From a virus (Duplodnaviria > Caudoviricetes), in IMG/VR virus record IMGVR_UViG_3300024251_000148, positions 1-37,050 of that record: a DNA stretch of 37,050 nt. One strand, written 5' to 3'. The notes under the pieces are model-generated. The model saw nothing but the letters and a program-made list of their open reading frames with translations. It made no database searches and had not been told where the DNA came from. Positions 24,722-34,153 of this stretch are shown here, piece by piece; positions within the stretch are counted from its first letter, which is position 1; every line of letters begins with the position of its first letter. The position numbers and the translations under genes are program-made.

Positions 24722-25170
24722 GCCTCGATAATAAGGTAGTCTCCGCAGCGATGTCGCTGATCGTCCTCGTAACTGGCGTGCTGTGTTACAAAGACGGCAA
24801 ACACAACGCCGACCACTTCTGGCAAGCTCGCGAAGCGGAATTTAATAGGAATGGCGTAGCCTCGATAAAGTCTCTAATGAAGTCGGAGGAGCAGATCGAG
24901 GAGAGGGTAAAGGCCAGCGTCCCAGTCTGTATCACGCCTCCGAAGCCAATTCGTAGGGTCGTAATAGAATGCCCTCCTCCGGATTGGCTCCTAGCCGGCG
25001 ATAAATGCGTATCCAAAGCGAGGCCGGATTATGTATTCGGCAAGTCTTTTATACCTTGCTTTGTGGATGGATACGCAACGTGGTGTGATAAGGATAATAC
25101 AGAGCCCCCAATTTGCCCGTCCGGGCATTTTTGCACAGAGATAGATGGGCAGACAGTGGTGACTCGATGA
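24718..25170 (+). CDS. Membrane-anchored Cys-rich hypothetical protein
   Basis: N-terminal TM helix followed by several cysteines. Confidence 0.7.
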   Translation: MSLDNKVVSAAMSLIVLVTGVLCYKDGKHNADHFWQAREAEFNRNGVASIKSLMKSEEQIEERVKASVPVCITPPKPIRRVVIECPPPDWLLAGDKCVSKARPDYVFGKSFIPCFVDGYATWCDKDNTEPPICPSGHFCTEIDGQTVVTR

Positions 25171-25466
25171 GCGACTGCAACCACATCCACCTAGTCAAGC
25201 AAGGTGGGCCAATGGACGGCGGCGTGGAGAACAGCACGCGCTATCGCTGCAAAGAGTGCGGCGCATTCTTCGTGGTAGAGCCCTATGAGGTGACGGTGAC
25301 GTTTGGGCCGGTGGAAGCGCAGCCAACTCGCTGTCCGCAATGCGGTCACGCGACGCATAAAGCGAACGAATGCAGCGACGGCGTGACGGGCTACGGCATC
25401 GCAGGAGATTCAAACCGAGAGATGGATGCGGACTGTGAATGCGATTACGGGGCAGCGCAGCCATGA
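25167..25466 (+). CDS. Zn-ribbon hypothetical protein
   Basis: ATGA coupling; CKEC and CPQCGH. Confidence 0.7.
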   Translation: MSDCNHIHLVKQGGPMDGGVENSTRYRCKECGAFFVVEPYEVTVTFGPVEAQPTRCPQCGHATHKANECSDGVTGYGIAGDSNREMDADCECDYGAAQP

Positions 25467-25681
25467 CCCAAGGCTCTAGGCGGGGGCGGCGCAAGCCGAA
25501 GTTTCGTGTCGGACAGGTTGTATGCATTCGCAAACGTTACATGTCTGAGGGATTCTGCGGGAAGATTATCGATATGCGCGATGCCAAGGATGGTTTGGAA
25601 TATCAGATCGCATGGCTTCCATCATCGTGGGCCATTGAATTCGCGCTTAGGTCGCTAACGAAGCGGGAGCGAGGCCAATGA
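25463..25681 (+). CDS. Hypothetical protein (SH3/KOW-like)
   Basis: PKFRVGQVV motif; ATGA coupling. Confidence 0.65.
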   Translation: MTQGSRRGRRKPKFRVGQVVCIRKRYMSEGFCGKIIDMRDAKDGLEYQIAWLPSSWAIEFALRSLTKRERGQ

Positions 25682-25998
25682 ACACCAGCGAAGCGGCACT
25701 GCGCGAGGCGATCAAGGCAACACTGCGATGGTTTCGATTCGACGTAGATGAGGATACGTTCTTTAGGCGTCTCACAATTGAACTGACAGCCCGCGCGACC
25801 AGCGAACCGGGAGCAGCGCTCACGCAAGCTGATTTGACTCGCTGGGAAGCGTTGGCGCGAAATATCGCCAGTGAGTTAGCGATAGGCGACAACGCGCAAG
25901 TCTTGACGATCATTGAGACGGGATTGGCACGCGCGGCGGCCAGCGGGAAAGGGAGCGAGCAGTATAAGAATCCAGCCGATGAAACGCCGTGGTGGTAA
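25678..25998 (+). CDS. Hypothetical protein
   Basis: GAGG RBS and ATGA coupling. Confidence 0.65.
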   Translation: MNTSEAALREAIKATLRWFRFDVDEDTFFRRLTIELTARATSEPGAALTQADLTRWEALARNIASELAIGDNAQVLTIIETGLARAAASGKGSEQYKNPADETPWW

Positions 25999-26010
25999 TG
26001 GGAGGAAAAC

Positions 26011-26253
26011 GTGAGTTTTGACATTCGAGAGTGTGCGGGCAAGCCGAAAGCTGTTTTATATACCATAGAGAATTATGGATTACATCCATCAGCGGAATCA
26101 CTCGCCAGTCCGGCGATTGATGCCTTGCGAGAAGTTGTTCGCCGTTTAGGAGAATGCACGCCGACGCTGACCTTTCGCGCACGAGGATTTGTTACAAGCG
26201 AGGGCCAAGCTGAAATCGAAATTCACATACGTACTATCCCGAGCCAGCCATGA
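26011..26253 (+). CDS. Hypothetical protein
   Basis: GGAGG RBS, GTG start. Confidence 0.65.
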   Translation: MSFDIRECAGKPKAVLYTIENYGLHPSAESLASPAIDALREVVRRLGECTPTLTFRARGFVTSEGQAEIEIHIRTIPSQP

Positions 26254-26477
26254 GCAGCGCTGAGCGTGTGGGCGAGAAGTTACGTGCATTAGTGAGTTTG
26301 TGGCGAGTGCGCCAAGAAGCCTACCTTAGCGACATTCAAGAGAAGCCTAACAACCCGTCTGTTGGCGAATTGGAACGCTGGTTTGGGGCATTTTACGCCT
26401 ACAAAGGATGCGCTGACGAGCTGGAGGCATCCCTAAGCGAGCAAACGACTCATGAACCCGAAACTAAACAAGTTTAG
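26250..26477 (+). CDS. Hypothetical protein
   Basis: ATGA coupling; CADELEA C-terminal motif. Confidence 0.65.
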   Translation: MSSAERVGEKLRALVSLWRVRQEAYLSDIQEKPNNPSVGELERWFGAFYAYKGCADELEASLSEQTTHEPETKQV

Positions 26478-26535
26478 CCTGATAAGAAGGGCTAATTTAT
26501 CAAAACATAAACTCAAACTAAAAGGACAAATCACA

Positions 26536-27000
26536 ATGCCTCAACTAAAAGCAAGTGCAGAAGAAGTAAAGGCTCCTCCAGTGCCGACGGCGGGTATCTA
26601 CACCGTTCGCTTTAAGGGATTTAAGCCGGATTTTTCGAAAAAGAAAGACTCGGTGAATCTAAATCCTCAACTGGAGATTGTCAACCATCCGGAATTCAAC
26701 AACGTTCCGCTCTTTGACTCTCTAAATACCAAGGCCAAATTTAACTGGGAGCCGTTTGCTGCTTGCTTCGGCTGCCCGGTAGTCAAGGACGCGGATGGCA
26801 ACTTTGACTTCCCCCCAGGTCGCCTCGACGGCCCGGATAATAATCCCAAAGCGTGGACGTATACTGGCCCACTTCTGGGACAAGAAGGCCAAGTTGAAGT
26901 AAGCAACGAGCCTGTCCTGGATAAAGATACGGGACTAGCAACTACCGATAAGTACGGGCGCAGCTTCATTGCTCGTATTAAGCGATACTTGCCTCGCTAA
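26536..27000 (+). CDS. Putative single-stranded DNA-binding protein (DUF669-like)
   Basis: AAGGA RBS; PVPTAGIYTVRF...SKKKDSVNLNPQLEI...LFDSLN; in the nuclease-ATPase-SSB context. Confidence 0.6.
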   Translation: MPQLKASAEEVKAPPVPTAGIYTVRFKGFKPDFSKKKDSVNLNPQLEIVNHPEFNNVPLFDSLNTKAKFNWEPFAACFGCPVVKDADGNFDFPPGRLDGPDNNPKAWTYTGPLLGQEGQVEVSNEPVLDKDTGLATTDKYGRSFIARIKRYLPR

Positions 27001-27125
27001 CAGGATTCCTCTTCGGGCTGGTGTTGTCATCGTAACAACACGTACTGTACCTCGGAGAGGACACAAGTGGAGAGCGGGTTTAGATTCGCACCCTTTTCCC
27101 GCTCTCGCTTGTTGTTTTGAGGAAA
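27001..27125 (+). other. Structured intergenic region with two long hairpins
   Basis: 27007-27017 pairs with 27051-27061 around a GUGUUGU/ACAACAC hairpin. A second hairpin is ACAAGU-GAGAGCGGG/CCCGCUCUC-GCUUGU. Confidence 0.5.
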
Positions 27126-27127
27126 CA

Positions 27128-27418
27128 ATGTCAACGACAGGAATAGTTACAATCAAAGAGCTTTCTTCTGGTCTTGTAGTTACCTATGAAGATACTTGGG
27201 ACGATTGGGGCACCGCATCTCCGAAAGAACAGTGGGATTTTATGTGGACTGAGGGGAATTATTCCTGTGACTGTAATCGTAAAATATTTTTTTATCGTCA
27301 TGGCTTCAATGAAGACAAGATGGATGACGCTCCTTGCAGCGGATCAGAGAATCAGTATCTCGTTAAAGTTGTATTCAAGGAAACAGGAGAGATTGTAGTA
27401 AACGAATTTGGAGACTAA
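27128..27418 (+). CDS. Hypothetical phage protein
   Basis: GAGGA RBS; WTEGNYSCDCNR motif. Confidence 0.75.
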   Translation: MSTTGIVTIKELSSGLVVTYEDTWDDWGTASPKEQWDFMWTEGNYSCDCNRKIFFYRHGFNEDKMDDAPCSGSENQYLVKVVFKETGEIVVNEFGD

Positions 27419-27420
27419 GA

Positions 27421-28776
27421 ATGGCCGCTGAAGGACTACCATACACTAGCTACGGAACGAAGATACACATCAAAGATATTCGCACCGAAGATAGAATACG
27501 GAGCGACTACGGAGATATCGATGCCCTTTCTTCCAGTATACGCGAGCACGGACTCATCCAGAAGATCGTTCTTACATACAAGAATGAGGCTGGAGTTGAA
27601 GAGATTCGGCTTCTTGTCGGTGGGCGAAGACTTCGTGCTCTACAGAGACTCGGCCTCTCCACACTGGTACATGGTGACCACTTCCTTTGGTCAGGAGAGA
27701 AGGATCCTCTGCGCCAGAGAGGAATTGAGCTTGAAGAAAATATTAGACGCCAAAACCTCAGTTGGCAAGAGCAAATCACGGCGAAAGCGAAGCTCTTCGA
27801 AACGATGCAATCGATCTACGGAACCAACACTGGTGGCAGACCGAGCACGTCTCAGCGAATTGGAGCAAGCCCTGTCGGCTTTAGCATCAACAAGCTCGCG
27901 GCAATGCTGGGAGAGAGCTCTGCTGCTACTTCAAAGGACCTTGAGCTTGCGGGACTTATTAAGGCTGTCCCTGAATTATCTAACGCTGAGACAAAAGAGG
28001 CGGCTCGCAGACAAGCGCAGCTTGGAACCCTCGTCGCGCTCTCTACCATCTCTGCTGCGAAGAATCAAGCTGTCGGAGGCAATAACAAACAACTCTGGAG
28101 GCTAATAGAAGGTGACTTTTCTACTAACTGTGTTAGTAGTTTAGTGCCCGATGCCTCCGTTGACTTAGTACTAACAGACCCTCCCTATGGAAACGAGGCT
28201 CAGGGAATGGGGCCGAATAGCAAGCCGATACTCGCGGAGGATTACGCGGATGACAGCACTCAAATGGGTCCTCTTATACGGGATCTTGCCTTTCACTCTT
28301 GGCGCATACTTAAAAATGATAGCTTTGCGGTATTCTTCTTCGATCACACACATTATCAAACGTGGATTAATGAGCTTGAGGCGCAGCGTTTCATCGTTGA
28401 TAGATCGCCTCTGATTTGGGTGAAATCAAATGTCATCAACACAAGTCCGTATACACGTTATTCTCGTAGCTACGAACCTATTCTGCTTGCTCGCAAGGGT
28501 AGCCCTAAACTCTTTAGACCTTCTCAGCGTGATAGTTTTGATTTTCCAAGTGTCCTTGCTAGTGGAGGCGCTAAATGGTATCAAAGCCAAAAGCCGGTAG
28601 CTCTGCTAGAAAAACTTGTGCTCGACTTGACCCCACCTTCTTCTCACGTAGTGGATTTTACTGCTGGAAGCGGCAGTTGTGGGGAAGCATGTGTACGTCT
28701 GAAGCGGAATGTGACGATGTTCGAGATCAATCCGCAGGCGTGTCAGATAATAAAGACGAGGATGGCGGCGCTATGA
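27421..28776 (+). CDS. ParB/Srx-like N-terminal domain fused to a beta-class N6A/N4C DNA methyltransferase
   Basis: RIRSDYGDIDALSSSIREHGLIQ, LLVGGRRLRA and ELEENIRR; motif IV LTDPPY precedes motif I DFTAGSGS; QKPVALL. Confidence 0.9.
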   Translation: MAAEGLPYTSYGTKIHIKDIRTEDRIRSDYGDIDALSSSIREHGLIQKIVLTYKNEAGVEEIRLLVGGRRLRALQRLGLSTLVHGDHFLWSGEKDPLRQRGIELEENIRRQNLSWQEQITAKAKLFETMQSIYGTNTGGRPSTSQRIGASPVGFSINKLAAMLGESSAATSKDLELAGLIKAVPELSNAETKEAARRQAQLGTLVALSTISAAKNQAVGGNNKQLWRLIEGDFSTNCVSSLVPDASVDLVLTDPPYGNEAQGMGPNSKPILAEDYADDSTQMGPLIRDLAFHSWRILKNDSFAVFFFDHTHYQTWINELEAQRFIVDRSPLIWVKSNVINTSPYTRYSRSYEPILLARKGSPKLFRPSQRDSFDFPSVLASGGAKWYQSQKPVALLEKLVLDLTPPSSHVVDFTAGSGSCGEACVRLKRNVTMFEINPQACQIIKTRMAAL

Positions 28777-29138
28777 CTACTAAATTGCGGCGAGTTACGC
28801 AGAATCCCACATTTCGAACGATGGAAATAACCTTTGAGGTGACTGAAACGTTTCTTCAGGCACTTGCGGATAATGACGAGCAGGCGGGATTGTATCTGCT
28901 CGAATTGCTAAGCGAGCTTATGGTTGAGCTAAAGCAATATTCTCGAGGAGAGCATCCTCGCCTATCTCGACAGAATAATCCAACAATTCGTGAGAAAATC
29001 ATGGGCGACGACAGTTACAACGACGCCATGGATAACTATTACGTAAAAATGCGGGAATCACAGCTTCGGCAGATGAAGGCCGTGATGGATTCCTTCCTCA
29101 ATATAAATAATCTAAAATTCCCCAAGGCAAAGCCATGA
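28773..29138 (+). CDS. Hypothetical protein
   Basis: ATGA coupling at both ends. Confidence 0.7.
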   Translation: MTTKLRRVTQNPTFRTMEITFEVTETFLQALADNDEQAGLYLLELLSELMVELKQYSRGEHPRLSRQNNPTIREKIMGDDSYNDAMDNYYVKMRESQLRQMKAVMDSFLNINNLKFPKAKP

Positions 29139-29662
29139 TAGTTACGCCGCTCGTCCTTGACACTACTAGCTTCTTATTCCTAATCTTCTGTGTAGTCTTG
29201 GTGCTTCTTATGGCGCAAGTAATGCTAAACGACCGAGAGCTGTGGAAACTAATTCGCCTGATATTACGACTTGACTCTCCGCCCGAAGCGAGTCGTATTT
29301 TAATGCTAATAGGAGGAAGTATAATGTCACAAGAGCAGCTAAGTCCAGGTACGTATCTATTGGCGGCGACGCCAGTGGATAGCACGGGAGTGCAGAGGGC
29401 AGTAGCGCCGGGGTCGTTTGCTTGGACCCTTGACGATACTACCGATGCCACTCTATCTCCCCAAGGAGATGGCTCTACGGCGATCCTCGCTATAGAGGCT
29501 ACCGTTCCCGATCAGAAGGAGCTAAAAGTCGACGTCACAGCCAACGCCGATCCTACAGGGGCAACTACCGTCACCATCAGTGGGGAAGTTGATATTACGG
29601 CTGAGAATCCCGTATCAACGCCCCTAGCAGCTACTATCAACATCTCTGTTACAAAACAGTAA
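29135..29662 (+). CDS. Membrane-anchored Ig-like protein with an internal start
   Basis: N-terminal TM helix. An internal ATG at 29324 with AGGAGG precedes a T/V/A-rich beta domain. Confidence 0.65.
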   Translation: MIVTPLVLDTTSFLFLIFCVVLVLLMAQVMLNDRELWKLIRLILRLDSPPEASRILMLIGGSIMSQEQLSPGTYLLAATPVDSTGVQRAVAPGSFAWTLDDTTDATLSPQGDGSTAILAIEATVPDQKELKVDVTANADPTGATTVTISGEVDITAENPVSTPLAATINISVTKQ

Positions 29663-29707
29663 TAAAAGCGAGAGTCCGCCCCTCTCCTTCTCTACGAGGA
29701 TACCTCT

Positions 29708-29905
29708 GTGTCGTCTATTATAGAAACACTATTTGAGAAGCAAGAGCGATTAAAGCACGCATTTATTATCGTAGAGGATATAGATCCCGAGGCTGGGACA
29801 GTGCATATCAACGAATATCACTACAAGACTTGCGAGAAATGCCGGCTTCGCCGCGAGCTTGGCCTTCCTATCCATACGAGAGAACAGATACTCCATGGTG
29901 ATTAA
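29708..29905 (+). CDS. Hypothetical protein
   Basis: GAGGA RBS, GTG start; H..TCEKC. Confidence 0.6.
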   Translation: MSSIIETLFEKQERLKHAFIIVEDIDPEAGTVHINEYHYKTCEKCRLRRELGLPIHTREQILHGD

Positions 29906-30059
29906 AAAGCCACAGCGCCGATTCGAGGGACAGGTGGTCCCCCAGGGAGTCTCCTTCACCTTCACTCAACACCATACGTATTGGTATTATAGAAAAGGAG
30001 ATCACATCTACTCCTTTAGGATAAAAACTAAATGGCTGACGTTCCTAGCTGCCTTATAA
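29895..30059 (+). CDS. Small hypothetical protein
   Basis: Fills the gap before the polymerase gene; start uncertain. Confidence 0.45.
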   Translation: MVIKKPQRRFEGQVVPQGVSFTFTQHHTYWYYRKGDHIYSFRIKTKWLTFLAAL

Positions 30060-32620
30060 AAACACTTACGCTTCAGGGACTATGCGCAATGCGCGGCCGA
30101 AAATATGTCGGCTTCCGAGGCAGCCCAAAAGCGCCGATATGGATTGTTGGAGAGGCACCTGGGTTCGATGAGGATGCGTGTGGGTATCCCTTCGTGGGCG
30201 CCTCTGGGAGGCAACTAGATGCGGAGATTATCGAGGCCGGTATCGAGGTCGGCCAGTGTGCCTTCATTAATCCATATACTACTCGTCCCCCAGATAACGA
30301 CATAGATCGGATTGAAGAAAATGGCATTCCGAAAAAGGTTTACTTGGATTCATTTTTCGAGCTTCTTGACTACTATCGACCCACCTTTATCATCCCGGCT
30401 GGCGCAACTCCGCTCGCTATATTGGTACCTGACACAGCAAGCCGCACAGGGGAAGCTCCAATATCTAAATGGCGTGGGTCGCTGCTTTGTAGTCGCCTGC
30501 TGCCTTGGGACCATTACGTTATACCTATCTACCATCCCGCTTTTATTCTTCGCGAATATTCTGAGCGATCTGTTAACGTATTCATTCTCGGGCGTGTTCT
30601 TGAAGAATTTGAGTACTGGAAAAAGAATCAGAAGCTCCAGCCACTCCCAAGCAGAGAACTAATCTATCTTCCCAGCGCAGACACAGCAAAGGAGTATCTC
30701 AATGATTGCCTTAGCCACAATGGCCCCATTTCTGTTGACATCGAGACTGTCGATAGGAAAGTCCCTATCACCATCGGATTTAGCTACGACCCTTCCCACG
30801 CTATATCTATCGGCCTTTATGAGTATGACCGTCGCGATAGCGTTCCTATTTGGCGTCTTATGGACAAGATCCTGGGCTCCAGCCACATTTTGGGTCAAAA
30901 CTATACGACTTTTGATGCAAATTGGCTCCGTGCTATGGGGTTTGATGTCTCTATGGCTCTCGTCGATGATACTCTGGTACGCCATCATGTTCTTCATCCT
31001 GAATTGAGTCATAAGCTAGATTTCCAAGTCATGCAGTATACAAGAGAGCCATACTACAAAGAGGAGGGAAAAGGCTGGCGATCCAAAGAGGGACTCGCTC
31101 AGCTGATGAAATACAATGCCAAAGACGCCTGTTGTACGCTCGAAGTGTTTCAGAAGCAAGAGGAGGAATTCGACGCCAATCCCAATCTGCGCCGATTCTA
31201 TGAATACGAAATGCAACTCGCCCGATACCTCTACGACGTGGACCAACGGGGTATCCTGGTTAACCAAACGAAGCTCAAAACACTTCGAGACTTTGTTGTA
31301 TCGGAGCTAAACAGCATATGCGTACAAGTCAGTCAAGCGTTGAACGGAAAAGCAGTTGTAACGAGTGCAGAAGATGCGAAAAAGATATCCAAGCTGCTCT
31401 CAATATCACCGGATCATATATTAAATTTGGCGAGTACGACGCAGCTGAAAGATCTCTTCGAGACATTAAATATCAAATTGAAAAAAGACAGAATCACTGG
31501 GAAAGAGAGCACAAGTGAAGATGCGCTCCAAGACGCCTTCGCAAAGACTGGAAACCCAATACTCAAACACGTGCTTCGAACTCGCGAGCTTGGAAAACTC
31601 AAAGGGACGTACATCGACGCTTCTCTCCTTGACGGAGTTTTATACGGCTGCGCTTCGGCTACTGGAACAGTTACGGGCAGACGAGCAAGCAGACAAAACT
31701 TTCTCGGATACGGAAGCAACTTACAGAATCAACCAAAGCATAGTGATCTTGGTGCGAGATATCTCGAATGCCATGTTGCACGACCTGGGAAAATCTTTGT
31801 CCAGTGTGACCAAGCTTCGGCAGAGGAATGGATTGTCTGGGGAATCATTGCAGATGTGTCGGGAAATGATAAGGGAATTCAAGGACTTCGCGAGAGTATC
31901 GAGACTGGAATATCAAGACATGCGAGACTTGCATCGGAAATCTTTAACCTCCCGCTCTCGCAAACCAATGATAAAAACTGCCTCGAATACTACCTAGGCA
32001 AAAAGGTCAGGCACGCGGGGAACTACGACATGCGGGACGAGACCATGTCGATTCAGATGGCGGCAGAAGGATTTATGATTAGTCGCGATATATGCGCGAC
32101 GATCCTTTCGAAATTCCATGAAGTAGAGCCAGAGATAAGGGGAGTCTTTCATGAGTATGTTAAACAAACACTCATTAAAACGCGCATGTTATCGAATCCT
32201 TTGGGGCGACAGCGAACATTTCACGGCCTGCATCCCAGTAGGGACAACGGTAAGGTGTTTCGAGAGGGCTATGCATATATTCCCCAATCAAGCGTTGGTG
32301 ATAACACCGGATTTGCACTCGTACATTGTGAAAGAACTAAGCCCGGCTGGGTCATACAGGATAAACACGACGCGCTCCTCCTTGAAGTTGCCGATACGTA
32401 TGAGACTGTTATGGAGGCTCGCACTCTTCTGCTTAGTGCGTTTGATAGAGTATTCCGTTTCCCGAACGGATATGAGGTTAGAATCCCAATCGACTTCGAA
32501 ATCGGATACGATGTAAAGAATCTGAAGAAGATGAGCAACAACGTCGAGGAGTGGAGTAAGAAATATGAAGCGATAAAAGAAGGTCGAAATGCCGAGAAGG
32601 TTGAGAAAGCCGTGGCTTGA
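30032..32620 (+). CDS. Family A DNA polymerase with N-terminal uracil-DNA glycosylase (family 4-like) and 3'-5' exonuclease domains
   Basis: UDG motifs IVGEAPG..E...GYPFVGASG and YHPAFILR. Exo motifs SVDIET, GQNYTTFD and YNAKDA. Pol motifs TVTGRRAS, NLQNQP, motif A DQASAE, motif B KKVRHAGNY and motif C KHDALL. Confidence 0.93.
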   Translation: MADVPSCLIKTLTLQGLCAMRGRKYVGFRGSPKAPIWIVGEAPGFDEDACGYPFVGASGRQLDAEIIEAGIEVGQCAFINPYTTRPPDNDIDRIEENGIPKKVYLDSFFELLDYYRPTFIIPAGATPLAILVPDTASRTGEAPISKWRGSLLCSRLLPWDHYVIPIYHPAFILREYSERSVNVFILGRVLEEFEYWKKNQKLQPLPSRELIYLPSADTAKEYLNDCLSHNGPISVDIETVDRKVPITIGFSYDPSHAISIGLYEYDRRDSVPIWRLMDKILGSSHILGQNYTTFDANWLRAMGFDVSMALVDDTLVRHHVLHPELSHKLDFQVMQYTREPYYKEEGKGWRSKEGLAQLMKYNAKDACCTLEVFQKQEEEFDANPNLRRFYEYEMQLARYLYDVDQRGILVNQTKLKTLRDFVVSELNSICVQVSQALNGKAVVTSAEDAKKISKLLSISPDHILNLASTTQLKDLFETLNIKLKKDRITGKESTSEDALQDAFAKTGNPILKHVLRTRELGKLKGTYIDASLLDGVLYGCASATGTVTGRRASRQNFLGYGSNLQNQPKHSDLGARYLECHVARPGKIFVQCDQASAEEWIVWGIIADVSGNDKGIQGLRESIETGISRHARLASEIFNLPLSQTNDKNCLEYYLGKKVRHAGNYDMRDETMSIQMAAEGFMISRDICATILSKFHEVEPEIRGVFHEYVKQTLIKTRMLSNPLGRQRTFHGLHPSRDNGKVFREGYAYIPQSSVGDNTGFALVHCERTKPGWVIQDKHDALLLEVADTYETVMEARTLLLSAFDRVFRFPNGYEVRIPIDFEIGYDVKNLKKMSNNVEEWSKKYEAIKEGRNAEKVEKAVA

Positions 32621-33782
32621 TTCGTACATTGAGTATGTAGAAGCTGCTACGGAAAGTCCCAGGAAGTTTCATTATTGGTCCGGCGCGACGGTGATAGCGG
32701 CTGCTTTGAAACGCCACGTTTGGAATGACCGAAAGACGTACAAGATGTACCCAAATTTGTATACGGTCCTAGTAGCGCGTCCCGGCCTCGGTAAGGGAGC
32801 GGCGATTAATCCCGCTCTGGCTATTCTTAAAGAGGCTAAGGTCACTAATATGCTTAGCGACCGTATTACGATGGAGTACGTGCTAGAGAAACTGTCAAAA
32901 GGCTTCCCGATAGTATCCTCAGCTTCGCTGACACAGGGGATTAAAATTGGAACTGATGCTAGTGTGCTGTTGGTTTCTTCTGAGCTTAGCGTCTTTATTA
33001 CCGCCTCCCAATTCACGATTACCGCACTCACTGATTTATGGGATTCTAAGGAGGGGGTCTACGGTTACGGAACGAGAGGTAAAGGTGAGTTTAATATCAA
33101 TAACCCTTGTGTATCTCTTCTTGGTGGTTCAGCTCAAGAGTGGTTGGTTAAGTCTGTCCCTTCTGATGCTGTTGGCGGTGGTTTCACTCGGAGGGTTAAT
33201 TTTGTGTTGGCGACTAAAAAAGAGAGAAAAATCCCCTGGCCCGCAATGAACCATCACAGGCTAAAGGATGAGCTTATAGAGGATCTCAGTAACATCGGGC
33301 AACTTCGAGGGGAGTATCGTTTTGCTCCTTCTGCGAAGGCAGTATTTGAGGCCGTGTATGACAAGAGCGAGGCAAATGAATTCGACGACGAGGCAACTGC
33401 CGGCTATAAGATATCCCAATGGGCCAATGCCCTGAAGCTGGCTATGTGTATCTCAGCGAGTCGGGGCGACGACATGATTATTAGCAGGAGCGATATGGAG
33501 TCGGCCGTAATCCACACTAACAAAGTTAGCGAGGATATACCGATCGTATTTCGCTCCGTAGGAGAAGGCGAGCTAACTAGCGCCTCCGATAAGGTCTTAA
33601 GATTCATCGAGAGCAAGGGATACGCCTCCAGGGAAGAGATACTAAAATACAATTGGCGGCATATGACATCCCAAGATCTCGACAGAATAATAGTAACGCT
33701 CCGAGAGGGAGATATCCTCAGAGAGCGGAATATTGGAAACAAGACTATGTATTTCGATCCCAAAAAGATGGAGGATGTATGA
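32589..33782 (+). CDS. DUF3987-like P-loop protein, putative replicative helicase, with C-terminal winged helix
   Basis: ESPRKFHYW, YPNLYTVLVARPGLGKG, SSEL, LTDLWD and GGGFTRR; directly follows the polymerase. Confidence 0.75.
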   Translation: MPRRLRKPWLDSYIEYVEAATESPRKFHYWSGATVIAAALKRHVWNDRKTYKMYPNLYTVLVARPGLGKGAAINPALAILKEAKVTNMLSDRITMEYVLEKLSKGFPIVSSASLTQGIKIGTDASVLLVSSELSVFITASQFTITALTDLWDSKEGVYGYGTRGKGEFNINNPCVSLLGGSAQEWLVKSVPSDAVGGGFTRRVNFVLATKKERKIPWPAMNHHRLKDELIEDLSNIGQLRGEYRFAPSAKAVFEAVYDKSEANEFDDEATAGYKISQWANALKLAMCISASRGDDMIISRSDMESAVIHTNKVSEDIPIVFRSVGEGELTSASDKVLRFIESKGYASREEILKYNWRHMTSQDLDRIIVTLREGDILRERNIGNKTMYFDPKKMEDV

Positions 33783-34153
33783 GTAAGACAGAAGCAGAGC
33801 AATTCGTCGGGCCGGGACTGCCGAAGGTGTATAGCCTCGCAGATGAGCCGGATAATCTCCCAGTGAGTCCATTCGAGGAGATAAATCCCGGCCAGCTATG
33901 CGTTCAGATGGAGGGATTCAAATACACCGGCTCTATCGTAATACCGCAGAGCGCGAAGCGGAGGAGCACCGCAGGGAGGATTGTAGACGCCCACCCGGAG
34001 AGTAAGTACAAGCGGGGAGATAGGATCCTATTCACCCAATTCGCGGGAGCTATGATTCACTACGCTGGCGCGGCTGGTATGCGCGTAATGACGGAGCAAG
34101 AGGTACTCGGTAAGCTAAAGCAAAATATCATTGTAAAGGATGAAGAGGAATGA
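33779..34153 (+). CDS. groES: GroES/Cpn10-like co-chaperonin
   Basis: TGSIVIPQSAK..STAGRIV, KRGDRILFTQFAG and VMTEQEVLG; start at the ATGA overlap. Confidence 0.8.
   Translation: MSKTEAEQFVGPGLPKVYSLADEPDNLPVSPFEEINPGQLCVQMEGFKYTGSIVIPQSAKRRSTAGRIVDAHPESKYKRGDRILFTQFAGAMIHYAGAAGMRVMTEQEVLGKLKQNIIVKDEEE

Noticed and set aside
30050-30062. ATAA overlap suggesting an ATA start for the polymerase
   Set aside because: There is no SD before it, whereas the ATG at 30032 has AGGA upstream and another ATG exists at 30089.
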